Shown here: positions 31,263-42,874 of the stretch, one piece after another
Position numbering within the stretch: the stretch's first letter is position 1
How the letters are laid out: every line of letters starts with the position of its first letter
NCBI GenBank assembly: GCA_041738505.1
Contig: JBGSPQ010000010.1
Coordinates: 5,553 to 69,552, forward strand
DNA length: 64,000 nt
Source: Candidatus Altimarinota bacterium
GTDB lineage: Bacteria > Patescibacteriota > Gracilibacteria > UBA1369
Direction: 5' to 3'
Made by a program: the position numbers and the translations under genes
The notes under the pieces: generated by a model
The model's input: only the letters and a program-made list of their open reading frames with translations
Database searches by the model: none
What the model was told of the DNA's origin: nothing

Positions 31263-33656
31263 TCATGCCCTCTTTCTGAAATTAACATATTCCATAGAAA
31301 GGTAAGCCAGAATCATCAGGACAAGACCGAGCAGAATAAACCAGTTCAAAGACAGTTCAAAGAAGTATATTTCCGCGAACAAAGTAATCACCGCAAAGGC
31401 GCTCAATAGAAAAGTTAATGCCCAAAAAGTATTTGTCTCGCGCAGTTCGGGGAAGCTCCTTTGGGTTAGTCTTTTAAGCAGGAACACCATCATGAACAAC
31501 ATGAATGTTCCGGCATAAAGCAGAATGCTGGATAAATAGGGGTTTGATTCGTAGGTTAGCTGTGACGAAATATAATGCAGAAAATAGGGGTGGGACGCCC
31601 ACAGCGCGAATGTGAAAGCAATTGCCATGCTGAAGGCGATCTTCCTGCGGAAAAACCTGCGGGTTACATTCCTTACACCGTCTACGTGTTCAATCGCTTC
31701 GCACACCTGGGAGATTTGCGAATAATTTTCAACGCAAATCGTAAATTTGGTAATCAGCTCACCGGTCCAGAAAGAGATGTGTCCTTTTGCAAAGACTATA
31801 TTCAGTTTATGTTCGGCGATTTCACGCAATATTTTGCGCATCTGGCCTATCATATCCCTGCTTATAACCTTTAGAGTGACCATCGTGTAATTTTTGGCAC
31901 TGTCGGTATGAAAAAATTTCCGTTCCAGGAAAAGAACGATTTTACTTGTCGGTACATCCTTGTGCGGATACAAACCATTAACAAAATCCAGCGGGCTTAA
32001 AGTTCCCTCGCCGATTTTAAGCAGGACGTCTTCAATCGTTAAACATCCTTTTTTGTTCTTGCAGAACAATTTAAGCTTTTTTTGAGGTATGTCGTTAATC
32101 ATGCCCAGACCAGCCCAGTCCAGTTCTTTCTGAAGAAGCCTTCTGCCGGTAATGATCTTTTCCTCTTTTGAAACCTTCCTGAAATAATCCAGAATCCTGC
32201 TTTTGGCTGTATTTGTCTTTACAAACGCCAGCCAAGACCTGCTCGGACCTTTTGGCATGTCCGAAGTGATAATATTAACGGTATCGCTGTTTTTCAGCTT
32301 GGTTGTAACCGGAACAATCTGTCCGTTTACCTCCGCCTTAATCGCCCTATTACCGACCTCCGTGTGAATTTCATAGGCAAAGTCCACGCAGGTGGCTTCA
32401 TTGGGAAGATCAACGGTAGTTCCTTTTGGCGTAAATACAAAAATCCTGTCATGGAGAATATCGTCTTTCAGTTTCTCCATAAAATCCGACTCAACGCTGT
32501 TTTGTTCAAGTTTTTGCATTTGCATAATTTTGCATGCCCAGTTGGCCCGCCCGTCCTCCTGCAGATGAAGTGTCTTAGTGGATTTTTCAAAATATTGCGC
32601 CGCTATACCATATTCCGCTTCCAGATGCATTTGCCGACTGCGGATTTGGAATTCGGTTGTCACTCCCTTGATGCCGAAAACGGTGGTATGAAGGCTCTGG
32701 TATCCGTTCTTCTTGGGCAGTGAAATAAAGTCCCTGAAAGTACCGGGCTTGGGCTTGAACAGGCTGTGGATAATTCCCAGCGTGTGATAACATTCATCTT
32801 TGTTATCCACAATAACGCGGAGCGCTATCATATTGTCATATTCATTCAATTTACCGTTTTCACCGGCCGTTCTTTTATAAATGTGGTAAATATTTTTTGT
32901 TCTGCCGTACACACTGCACGAAATTTTTTGTTGAGACAGTTCTTTCTTAATCATCTCAATTGTTGTGTCCATGATATGTTCGTTTTTTTTTCCGCCCATC
33001 TTAAGTCTGTCCGAAATCATCTGATAATCTTCGGGATACAGATGTTGAAAGCACAAATCCTCCATCTCCGTTTTAAGTTCTTCAATCCCCAGCAGATTTG
33101 CAATCGGAACAAAAATTTCCAAAGTCTCTCGGCTTATTCGGGATATTTTTTCCGGCTTGTTGATGGCGTAAAGTGTTCTCATATTATGAAGCCTGTCCGC
33201 CAGTTTGATCAGGATGATTCTTGGATCCTTGGCTGTGTGGATAAACAGCTTTTTCAAAGATTCAACCTGTCTGTTTGCCATTTCGTGCCGGTAATGGACT
33301 TTAGACAGTTTGGTGATTCCTTCCACAAGATAAGCGATTTTTTTGCCGAATTTTGATTCAATTTCCTCTATGGACTTATCGGTATCCTCCGGAACATCAT
33401 GGAGCAGAGCCGCAATCAAAGTATCCTCGTCCACATGCAGAGCACTAAGTATCCTGGCGGTTTCATAAGGGTGAATGATGTACGGATGGCCGCTCTTTCG
33501 TAACTGCCCTTCATGTGCCAGAGCCGAAAAAGCAAACGCCTTTCTTAATTTGATTTCATGCAGGTCCGGCAAATAACGCCTCACCTCGCCGATAAGGTTA
33601 TCAACGTCAACGCTGTATTCTTTTTTCAATTGTTGAAGAAGAATGACACTGCGCAT
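31263..33656 (-). CDS. rel: Bifunctional RelA/SpoT-family (p)ppGpp synthetase/hydrolase with C-terminal transmembrane extension
   Basis: The ORF extends to a GTG at 33701; the first ATG is 33656. It has an HD hydrolase (HPYIIHP, LLHDVPEDT), a synthetase (ALRVIV...GYQSLHTTV), TGS and ACT-like domains, then about 4 hydrophobic helices in the last ~130 aa. Confidence 0.85.
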   Translation of the reverse strand: MRSVILLQQLKKEYSVDVDNLIGEVRRYLPDLHEIKLRKAFAFSALAHEGQLRKSGHPYIIHPYETARILSALHVDEDTLIAALLHDVPEDTDKSIEEIESKFGKKIAYLVEGITKLSKVHYRHEMANRQVESLKKLFIHTAKDPRIILIKLADRLHNMRTLYAINKPEKISRISRETLEIFVPIANLLGIEELKTEMEDLCFQHLYPEDYQMISDRLKMGGKKNEHIMDTTIEMIKKELSQQKISCSVYGRTKNIYHIYKRTAGENGKLNEYDNMIALRVIVDNKDECYHTLGIIHSLFKPKPGTFRDFISLPKKNGYQSLHTTVFGIKGVTTEFQIRSRQMHLEAEYGIAAQYFEKSTKTLHLQEDGRANWACKIMQMQKLEQNSVESDFMEKLKDDILHDRIFVFTPKGTTVDLPNEATCVDFAYEIHTEVGNRAIKAEVNGQIVPVTTKLKNSDTVNIITSDMPKGPSRSWLAFVKTNTAKSRILDYFRKVSKEEKIITGRRLLQKELDWAGLGMINDIPQKKLKLFCKNKKGCLTIEDVLLKIGEGTLSPLDFVNGLYPHKDVPTSKIVLFLERKFFHTDSAKNYTMVTLKVISRDMIGQMRKILREIAEHKLNIVFAKGHISFWTGELITKFTICVENYSQISQVCEAIEHVDGVRNVTRRFFRRKIAFSMAIAFTFALWASHPYFLHYISSQLTYESNPYLSSILLYAGTFMLFMMVFLLKRLTQRSFPELRETNTFWALTFLLSAFAVITLFAEIYFFELSLNWFILLGLVLMILAYLSMEYVNFRKRA

Positions 33657-33833
33657 AAGTCTGATTTTAAGATAACTTGTGAATCTAAAGTATGTCACCA
33701 CCTGAAGAAACGGTCAAATTTCAATTGGTACTTGAGTACAATATGATAAAAACAGCTCAAATAAGCCAAGTTATTGACGTTAGGGCGATAAAAACCTATA
33801 ATTATATTTAAGGTAATCTAATTCCGCAAAGAC

Positions 33834-34841
33834 ATGAACTCCGGAAAAACGAAAAAAAATAGCCAATCCAGAAGCAGAAACGTACCGATTAACGAAGAAA
33901 GCGGGCAAAATCCCGAGGAGGCTCCTCTTGAGCGCGTAATTCATCCCGAAGCGAGCCGCCATTATGAACTCCACATCTCCGCGGCGGCTGATCCCACCCA
34001 TGCCGCTTCAGCCCAAACGGGGGGAGTGGAAAAAAAACACGCATCAACCGGACACCGCCCCTCCGCAAAAAAAGCACCGGCGGACTTTGAAACCGCGCAC
34101 GCCACCCCCAAAAAAAGATCCCGTATCAGCCGGAAAATATGGAACCTGTTGGAGTGGATTGCCGTTTCCGCGCTCATCTTTACCGCGCTTTTCTTTGTCA
34201 TAAATTTTTCGTCGTATTCCATGCTGTTAAAAAACAAGCTGGAAAAAGTGACGGGAACTTTTCAGCTTGATCCTTACATAGAACAAATGATGGATGACGG
34301 GACAGCGCCGGCGGCACAGGAGCCGCTTCCGCCGGTCACCGAAAACTCTTCGTTCAGCAGCCAGATTCCTCCGCTGAAACTGGAAGTCTCGCCGCCGGAC
34401 GACAGGGTGATAATCCCCAGAATCAATCAAAATGTACCGATTGTAAATGTGAGCTCGGAAAATCTGATAAAAAGAGACTGGAACGCGCTGGAAACGGACA
34501 TCCAGGACGCGCTTAAAGAGGGTGTAGTACATTACCCGGGAACAGCCCAGCCCGGCGACAGAGGCAATGTGGTGATTACCGGCCACAGTTCATATTTTCC
34601 CTGGGATCCGGGAAGATTTAAAGATGTTTTTGCCCTGCTTCACGAAATTGTGGTGGGGGACACCGTGATTGTTTACCACGACCAGCACAAATACACTTAT
34701 GAGGTTTTCGAAAAGAAAGTGGTCAATCCCGACGAGGTGGAGGTTTTGACGCAGGAGGGCGATGAAAGGCTTACACTCATAACCTGTACGCCGGTTGGAA
34801 CAAACTTAAGAAGGCTCATAGTATTCGCAAGACCCGTATAA
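33834..34841 (+). CDS. Sortase-family transpeptidase (membrane anchored)
   Basis: Basic N-terminal tail and one TM segment. Catalytic motifs VITGHSSYF (His) and LTLITCTP (TLxTC Cys), then a downstream Arg (NLRRLIV). Confidence 0.75.
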   Translation: MNSGKTKKNSQSRSRNVPINEESGQNPEEAPLERVIHPEASRHYELHISAAADPTHAASAQTGGVEKKHASTGHRPSAKKAPADFETAHATPKKRSRISRKIWNLLEWIAVSALIFTALFFVINFSSYSMLLKNKLEKVTGTFQLDPYIEQMMDDGTAPAAQEPLPPVTENSSFSSQIPPLKLEVSPPDDRVIIPRINQNVPIVNVSSENLIKRDWNALETDIQDALKEGVVHYPGTAQPGDRGNVVITGHSSYFPWDPGRFKDVFALLHEIVVGDTVIVYHDQHKYTYEVFEKKVVNPDEVEVLTQEGDERLTLITCTPVGTNLRRLIVFARPV

Positions 34842-34854
34842 ACAACCGCCTGTT

Positions 34855-35421
34855 TTAAAGCTCCGCCAGTCTAGCCAGAAGTTCTTCCTCTTTTTGCTTT
34901 TCCTCTTCCTGAGATTTCATTTCGGCGCCGGCTATTGCCTGTCTCTTCTCTTTGGTCTCAAACTCTTTCCATTCAATCATGTGTTTTTCATTCAGCTTTT
35001 CCAGCTTATTTTCATATTCCTTATCCAGTTTGTTCAACTGCATTTTTTCATTAAGGAGAATGTCACGGAATTTACCGATTTGATCCTCGGTCATTATCGG
35101 AAGAATCTGAAACCAGTAATCCCTCTCATCCTTATTCATGGATTCCGTCTCCTCAATCAGCTTAACCAGATCGGGAAATTTCTGAGTGACCAGATCGGGA
35201 ACGGTACGCTTGTTTTGGGATGCGTCGGAAACTGCGGCAATCATATCGGTTTCTTCCAGCAGGGAAATATTGGTCGGCGGTTTTTGCGCTGTGGATGCCG
35301 GAGTTGTCCCCGTTTGAGCCGGTTGAGCGCTTCCTCCCTGAGCCGGTTGTGAAGTTCCGGTAGTACCTGCGGCACCTGTCTGTCCGGAATTTACCGGATT
35401 GATTTGTATGTCGTCAGCCAT
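34855..35421 (-). CDS. Hypothetical low-complexity plus coiled-coil protein (paralogue of 55277-55789)
   Basis: Gly/Thr/Ala/Gln-rich N-terminus, then DERDYWFQILPIMTEDQIGKFRDILLNEKMQL, then a K/E-rich coiled coil. The paralogue has the same architecture. Confidence 0.5.
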   Translation of the reverse strand: MADDIQINPVNSGQTGAAGTTGTSQPAQGGSAQPAQTGTTPASTAQKPPTNISLLEETDMIAAVSDASQNKRTVPDLVTQKFPDLVKLIEETESMNKDERDYWFQILPIMTEDQIGKFRDILLNEKMQLNKLDKEYENKLEKLNEKHMIEWKEFETKEKRQAIAGAEMKSQEEEKQKEEELLARLAEL

Positions 35422-35464
35422 GTTTCAAAAATTATATCTTATTATTATACTTAAAAATCGGATT

Positions 35465-37510
35465 TTATGCAATTCGGGCTTGCCGTGAACCTTTCACACG
35501 GGTATCCACTTCATTTAGCATTGGGCTGATTTTCTCCCAATAGCGGCTTGCCGCCGGACTGGAATTGATAATGGCCCGCCCTTGAGAATCTCGGGGATCA
35601 ACCTTTAATTGAAAATGCATCGGATCGCCTTTCTCTCCAAAATGAAAGCCGGGTTCCGGCACCGATCCCCAGGCAAAACCCGACTCAACCAGTGCCATTA
35701 CAACCTGGTCGGGAATATCACCTCTGCCGTCCTTGGGCCAGTTGGTTGACGGATCAATATCAAAAGCCATACCGAAAGCATGGGAGCTCTTAATGTCGGG
35801 ACTTTCCACCCCTCCGATTTTCAGTCCTCGGAAATCATAACCGTGATACCTTGAAATTTGGGGCTTGTAATTTACTTTGCTCTGTTTGATTTTCTCTTCC
35901 GCCGCTTTTAAAAACGGAATCATCATCAGGTTAATACCACCATTTGGTGGCTTTTTAAAGGGCCTGCCCAGAAAAGTCAGTTCGCCGCCGGTGACCGGAT
36001 CCACATTGGTCAAGTACGGTTCGATTTCGGGTTTGGTTTTACCCAGGAGCGAAGGCATACTATCCGTTGTATATTTAGGAGAATTTTTGGCGTTGAGATC
36101 GGTTATTCTTTGTCTCAAAACCGATACATCCGAAAAGACCGGTTTTTCTGTGCCGGGACTGTATTTTTCATTCGCTTGCGGTTGATTGGCTGTGGCATCG
36201 GGAGCCTGCTGTGGCGCCGGTTGTGGGCCGATGGGCGGTTGAGATTCGGGACCTGCGGGAGTTGGCTGTGGGCCGACGGGCGGTAGTGCTTCGGCACCCG
36301 CTGGAGCCGCCTGAGGTTGTTGGGCGGGAGTGGCGGGTGCGGGTTGCGGACCGACGGGCGGTTGTGCTTCGGCACCTGCGGGAGCCGCCTGAGTCTGTGC
36401 GGCGGGCACGGTCGGGCCCGTTCCTTCCGGCACTGTTACAAAACCAAGCCAGTTGTTGAAAAGAGATGACTGGGCGACGGTAACTTCATGAATTTTTCCT
36501 TGATCATTTACCAGTTTCATCATCGGGGGAGGCCCGGGGTTGCTCACAATTGCGGTGGTCTTTGCCTTTTCCTTGTCTTTTCCGTCATGGAAAAACAAAA
36601 CGTCACCTGTTTTTAACTTTGAAATTTCCTTTTCGGCGCTGAAAACGCAGTTCGGCACATTTTTAAGCGATGCCAGAAAAGCGTTTGCATCGGGTTTAGC
36701 GGGAAGATTAAGCACCTTTGCAACATACTCCACATCTTTGTTTGAAGAGGTTAAAGTCTTTGTTTCATCAACTCGGGAGAAATCCACTTTAACCTGTTTG
36801 ATTTCCTCTTCGGTGAATTTTTCACCGCCTGAAGTCAGCGACGTGTCACCGCTGATTTTGGAAAACAAATCTTTCAGCATTTTAAAAAGTTCAGACATCA
36901 ATTCACCCAAACCCATATTTTTGGCAGTCTGTTGATAGTCCTGAAGAGTCTCAACCGTTTTCGCCGCCTGTGAATCCTTGTCTGTGTTTTCTCCGCTTTC
37001 TGCGGTGGGGGCGGCTCCATCGCCTTCGGCTTGAGCCGCCGGGGGTTCCCCGCTTTCGGGAGACTCGGGGGCATTGGCATCGGTTTCGGGAGTTTCCGCC
37101 TGAGTTGCCGGCGCGGAAGGAGCGTCCACGGGGACTCCGCCTGTCACCGGGGCTTGCTCCGTAGCATCCTGCAAAGTGTTCTTGGATCCTTCGGCATGAG
37201 CAATCAGCTCCGCCAACGCTTTCTTTAAATTGGGATCGGCCACTTCGGTCTCCATAAGCAGATGCAGATCGGCCATTTGCCCCTGACTTGACTTCAGCGA
37301 ATCAACAAAATCAACAACCTTTTGTTTTTGTTCCGCGCTAAACTTTTTGGCCGCCGCCGCCGCATCGTACATCCATTCCAATGTAAGATTAATGGATTCC
37401 TCTCTTTCCGGGGTCATGGGTTCACCCATCTTTTCAGCCAGAGTTTTCGCCCATGAGGCAAAGTCAGGTAATGCCGATATGGACTCTTTGGGTTTTTCCA
37501 CAGTAGTCAT
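35465..37510 (-). CDS. Large secreted/cell-wall protein with Pro/Ala/Gln-rich repeats and a C-terminal M15 (VanY/LAS-type) zinc peptidase domain
   Basis: C-terminal SSHAFGMAFDID and GDPMHFQ match the LAS metallopeptidase H-x6-D...H signature. The central part carries PAGAEA.PPVGPQP repeats. Confidence 0.65.
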   Translation of the reverse strand: MTTVEKPKESISALPDFASWAKTLAEKMGEPMTPEREESINLTLEWMYDAAAAAKKFSAEQKQKVVDFVDSLKSSQGQMADLHLLMETEVADPNLKKALAELIAHAEGSKNTLQDATEQAPVTGGVPVDAPSAPATQAETPETDANAPESPESGEPPAAQAEGDGAAPTAESGENTDKDSQAAKTVETLQDYQQTAKNMGLGELMSELFKMLKDLFSKISGDTSLTSGGEKFTEEEIKQVKVDFSRVDETKTLTSSNKDVEYVAKVLNLPAKPDANAFLASLKNVPNCVFSAEKEISKLKTGDVLFFHDGKDKEKAKTTAIVSNPGPPPMMKLVNDQGKIHEVTVAQSSLFNNWLGFVTVPEGTGPTVPAAQTQAAPAGAEAQPPVGPQPAPATPAQQPQAAPAGAEALPPVGPQPTPAGPESQPPIGPQPAPQQAPDATANQPQANEKYSPGTEKPVFSDVSVLRQRITDLNAKNSPKYTTDSMPSLLGKTKPEIEPYLTNVDPVTGGELTFLGRPFKKPPNGGINLMMIPFLKAAEEKIKQSKVNYKPQISRYHGYDFRGLKIGGVESPDIKSSHAFGMAFDIDPSTNWPKDGRGDIPDQVVMALVESGFAWGSVPEPGFHFGEKGDPMHFQLKVDPRDSQGRAIINSSPAASRYWEKISPMLNEVDTRVKGSRQARIA
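36200..36420. repeat. GC-rich 78-nt in-frame repeats encoding the Pro-rich linker
   Basis: CCGACGGGCGGT(A/T)GTGCTTCGGCACC(C/T)GC(T/G)GGAGCCGCCTGAG occurs at 36273 and again at 36351. Confidence 0.75.
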
Positions 37511-37518
37511 GGATTGCT

Positions 37519-37917
37519 TCAGATAATATAAATATCACCGTCAGTTCCTTCCAGTTGCTCTTTATAAATTCTCATCTTATTAACCATATATTGAATTTGG
37601 TAGGATTCTTTGTCTCCCGCCTGCCAGAGTTTAAAAATATCCCTGATCGTCGCCAGCATTTTATAGGCATCCACATCGGCTTTTCCGCGCGCTTCTTCCG
37701 CAAGTCCGTCATACACCGGATGATTGATAAGAGTTCCCGGTACCAGTAAATCAATTTCTTTTTTTTCGATTTTTTCAATCAGCATCCTTAAAAATTCCAT
37801 ATCTTTCGGATCCACGCCGCTGTCATCTTTAAGCGGTTTGTTCAGGTCCTCCTGGTCTTTTGGGGAGAGCTCAACCGACATATAATCGGTAACATTTTTC
37901 TTTTTATCATCAGCCAT
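37519..37917 (-). CDS. Hypothetical protein (132 aa), first gene of the 37917-34855 operon
   Basis: ATG start, 8 nt from the next gene. No recognisable motif. Confidence 0.5.
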   Translation of the reverse strand: MADDKKKNVTDYMSVELSPKDQEDLNKPLKDDSGVDPKDMEFLRMLIEKIEKKEIDLLVPGTLINHPVYDGLAEEARGKADVDAYKMLATIRDIFKLWQAGDKESYQIQYMVNKMRIYKEQLEGTDGDIYII

Positions 37918-38017
37918 AATTTTTGTCTTAATAATCTGTATATTTTATCACAAAAGGGCCCAAAAAACCAGACCCGGCTTCTATGCAGTCCAATCATTGC
38001 GGAAAAATCATTTTTAA

Positions 38018-40072
<2,055 letters not shown>

Positions 40073-40083
40073 CGCGGGCGGCC

Positions 40084-41649
40084 TCACACCACCCTGCCCT
40101 CAAAAATATCCATAATTTTATCTTCAAACTCCTTTTCGGCTTTGTCCTCCTCGGCCGCCCTTTCGCAAAACTCTCCGGAAAGTTTCAGGTGCGCGCCGGT
40201 AACCTCCTGAATGGCCTTTTCGGCTTCCGTTCTGTTGGCCGTTTCCATCAGCTTTTCCAGGTTAAACTTGTTGGCAAAAACCGCCGTCAGCGTTGTTCCC
40301 TCAATACGGGCGGGAACCCCCTGCTGCATGCATCTTTTAGCCACCGGAGAACTGATTTTCTTTGCAATCTCACTCCAGTTTTTCTTAATCATTTCAATGG
40401 AAACATCCACATTGGGAACAATTTTCTGGTGAACCCTTTCATCCGGGATTACCGGTTCCTGTACCGTTACGGCTTCCTCCGGCGCGGCGGGGGTAACGGA
40501 AGGCGTTTTTTGAACAGGCTCCTTTGCCTTTTCCACGGCAATCGGTGTAGCTTCTTGAACCGGCTTCGCAACTTTCTCCGGAGCCTTGGCCGTCTGCACC
40601 GCTTCACTTTTTATCTCCGCGACATTTCGCCCGCCGCTCACGGCCACCGACTTAACTACCGCAATCTCCAGCGGCAATTGGGCAATAATGGAAAATCTGG
40701 TCTGCTCATAAGCGGTTCTAAAATTTTCAATCAGCATCAAAATACGGTTTGTTTCGGCGTTGTCGTTCGCGTCCACCGCTTTCAGCATCGCCTTGCGCAG
40801 ATATTCCAGAAATCTCTTGTTGAAAAAAAGCAGATCAAACCCCTCCTCATGCAAATCGGCAATTTCCTTTAACCCGGCCGCCGCGTCGCCCGCCCGCAAA
40901 AATCCAAACATTTTTTCCATGCTGGCGATTCCGCTAACTCCCAAAACGTCGCAGACATGGTCATAAGTCAGCTTTTTGTCCGTGGAAAGCTGTTCCAGCA
41001 GACCTATCCCGTCCCTCATACCGCCCTCCGCGTGATGCGAAATCAGCTCAATGGCCTTTTCCTCAGCCTCAATTCCTTCCTCTCCCGCGATGTATTTCAA
41101 TCTCGCGAAAAGCACGGAATCGTCAATTCTCTTAAAATCAAACCTCTGACACCGCGACAAAATCGTCTCCGGAATTTTATGCGCCTCTGTCGTGGCCAGA
41201 ATAAAAAAAACGTGGGACGGCGGTTCCTCCAGCGTTTTCAGAAGTGCGTTAAACGCCTCTTTGGTCAACATGTGCACTTCATCAATAATATAAACCTTGC
41301 TCTTGGCTCTTGAAGGGGCAAAGTTGATTTTATCCCTAAGTTCCCTGATTTCATCAATCCCGCGGTTGGAGGCCGCGTCTATTTCAATCAAATCAATCAG
41401 CCTTCCCTCACTTATCTCCATGCAGATTTCACAGGTGTTACACGGTTCGTTGTCTGTGGGATTAAGGCAGTTGATGGCCTTCGCCATCAGTCTGGCCGTT
41501 GATGTTTTACCCGTGCCCCGCGGCCCCGTAAAAAGATAAGCATGGCTGACACGTTCCAGCTTAAGCGCGTTAAGCAGGGTGAGATTGATATGCTCCTGCC
41601 CAACCAGATGGGAAAAAGTCTGCGGCCTGTATTTGCGGTAAAGAGACAT
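40084..41649 (-). CDS. dnaX: DNA polymerase III subunit gamma/tau
   Basis: MSLYRKYRPQTF, GPRGTGKTS, a Zn module C..C..C.C, DEVHMLT and SRCQRFDF. Confidence 0.92.
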   Translation of the reverse strand: MSLYRKYRPQTFSHLVGQEHINLTLLNALKLERVSHAYLFTGPRGTGKTSTARLMAKAINCLNPTDNEPCNTCEICMEISEGRLIDLIEIDAASNRGIDEIRELRDKINFAPSRAKSKVYIIDEVHMLTKEAFNALLKTLEEPPSHVFFILATTEAHKIPETILSRCQRFDFKRIDDSVLFARLKYIAGEEGIEAEEKAIELISHHAEGGMRDGIGLLEQLSTDKKLTYDHVCDVLGVSGIASMEKMFGFLRAGDAAAGLKEIADLHEEGFDLLFFNKRFLEYLRKAMLKAVDANDNAETNRILMLIENFRTAYEQTRFSIIAQLPLEIAVVKSVAVSGGRNVAEIKSEAVQTAKAPEKVAKPVQEATPIAVEKAKEPVQKTPSVTPAAPEEAVTVQEPVIPDERVHQKIVPNVDVSIEMIKKNWSEIAKKISSPVAKRCMQQGVPARIEGTTLTAVFANKFNLEKLMETANRTEAEKAIQEVTGAHLKLSGEFCERAAEEDKAEKEFEDKIMDIFEGRVV

Positions 41650-41706
41650 ATTTTTACGTTTTTGGAGTGTTCATTCTAGCAAAACGAAACCATATTACCA
41701 ATCAAA

Positions 41707-42795
41707 TTATCCAATGATTTTTTTAAAATTTATCTCAAAATTTTGCGTGCTGAATTTCTCCGCGAATTTACGAATTGCGTGTCCGTCATAATCGGGCTCA
41801 TTCACAATCAGTCTTCCCAGTCCGTCTTCCATGGATTCCACTGTGGTTCCGTAAAAAAGTTCGCCTGTTGCACCCGGTACCACATATTCCAGCGCGCCTC
41901 CCTTTGCATAGGCCAGAACGGGCTTGCCGCTTGCCATCGCTTCCACCGGCGCAATTCCAAAATCCTCCTCGGCCGGTAAAATATAGGCCCTGCAGTTTTC
42001 CATAAATGTTTTCACTGTTTCATCATCCTTGCGGCCCATAATATCCACCGTCGGCCCCGCGATGCTCTTTAAATACTCATATTGCGCCCCGCTTCCAATC
42101 ACCACCAGCCGCTTGCCGGTCTTGTTAAACAGCTGTACCGCCAGATCTATTTTCTTGAAAGGAGTTAACGCCGAAACAATCAAAAAATAATCCTCGTGCT
42201 TGCCGGTGACTTTAAACTTATCAGTGTCCACGGGCGGATAAACCACCTCCGAGTCCTGTCTGTAATATTTTTTAATGCGGTTTTTTACGTGAATTGAATT
42301 CGCGATGTATTTGTCCGGCCTGTCCGAAGCCACTTTATCCCAAAAACGCACTCCACCGATAAGTTTATTTATGGCGTATTTTCTTATTGGCCCCGTTTTC
42401 TGTTCGTCCGCGTATTTGTGTGTGTAATCCCAGGCGTAGCGCATCGGCGAATGGCAGTAGCAGATATGCGTGGATTCCGAAGGGGTCAGAATGCCGTGCG
42501 CGTAGGCGTTGCTGGAACTGATAATCAAATCAAATCCGGAAAAATCCAAAGATTCAATCGCGCGGGGCATCAGCGGAAACAGATACCTCTGCCGTTTTCG
42601 CAAAAAAGCCGGCATCTTCTGCAACCACGAAGTCCGCACGCGTTCCTTTGGAAAAACCGAACCGCAGGACTTTTCATCATAAAGAAGAGTAAAAATAGGA
42701 GCCTCGGGATACATTTCCGCCAGCACCGCCAGCACCTTTTCGGCACCTCCGAGTTTAATCAAAAAATCATGTACCAGAGCGACTTTTTTCTTCAT
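41707..42795 (-). CDS. GT4-family glycosyltransferase
   Basis: N-terminal KLGGAEKV. C-terminal EDFGIAPVEAMASGKPV (E-x7-E type motif). Confidence 0.75.
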   Translation of the reverse strand: MKKKVALVHDFLIKLGGAEKVLAVLAEMYPEAPIFTLLYDEKSCGSVFPKERVRTSWLQKMPAFLRKRQRYLFPLMPRAIESLDFSGFDLIISSSNAYAHGILTPSESTHICYCHSPMRYAWDYTHKYADEQKTGPIRKYAINKLIGGVRFWDKVASDRPDKYIANSIHVKNRIKKYYRQDSEVVYPPVDTDKFKVTGKHEDYFLIVSALTPFKKIDLAVQLFNKTGKRLVVIGSGAQYEYLKSIAGPTVDIMGRKDDETVKTFMENCRAYILPAEEDFGIAPVEAMASGKPVLAYAKGGALEYVVPGATGELFYGTTVESMEDGLGRLIVNEPDYDGHAIRKFAEKFSTQNFEINFKKIIG

Positions 42796-42804
42796 CTGTA
42801 TAAT

Positions 42805-42836
42805 AAAAAAGCGCCATCAGTTTAAACCAATGGCGC
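42805..42836 (-). terminator. Intrinsic terminator
   Basis: The minus strand reads GCGCCAT-12 nt-ATGGCGC followed by TTTTTT. It lies between the stop of 42875-43291 and the GT4 start. Confidence 0.55.
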
Positions 42837-42874
42837 CTTTAAGTAAAATTTCAACCGGCCACATGGCTGGATTA

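Noticed and set aside
40084-41649. Programmed -1 frameshift site in dnaX
   Set aside because: I did not find an A-AAA-AAG-type slippery heptamer followed by a hairpin in the coding strand. Only single-frame product evidence is available.
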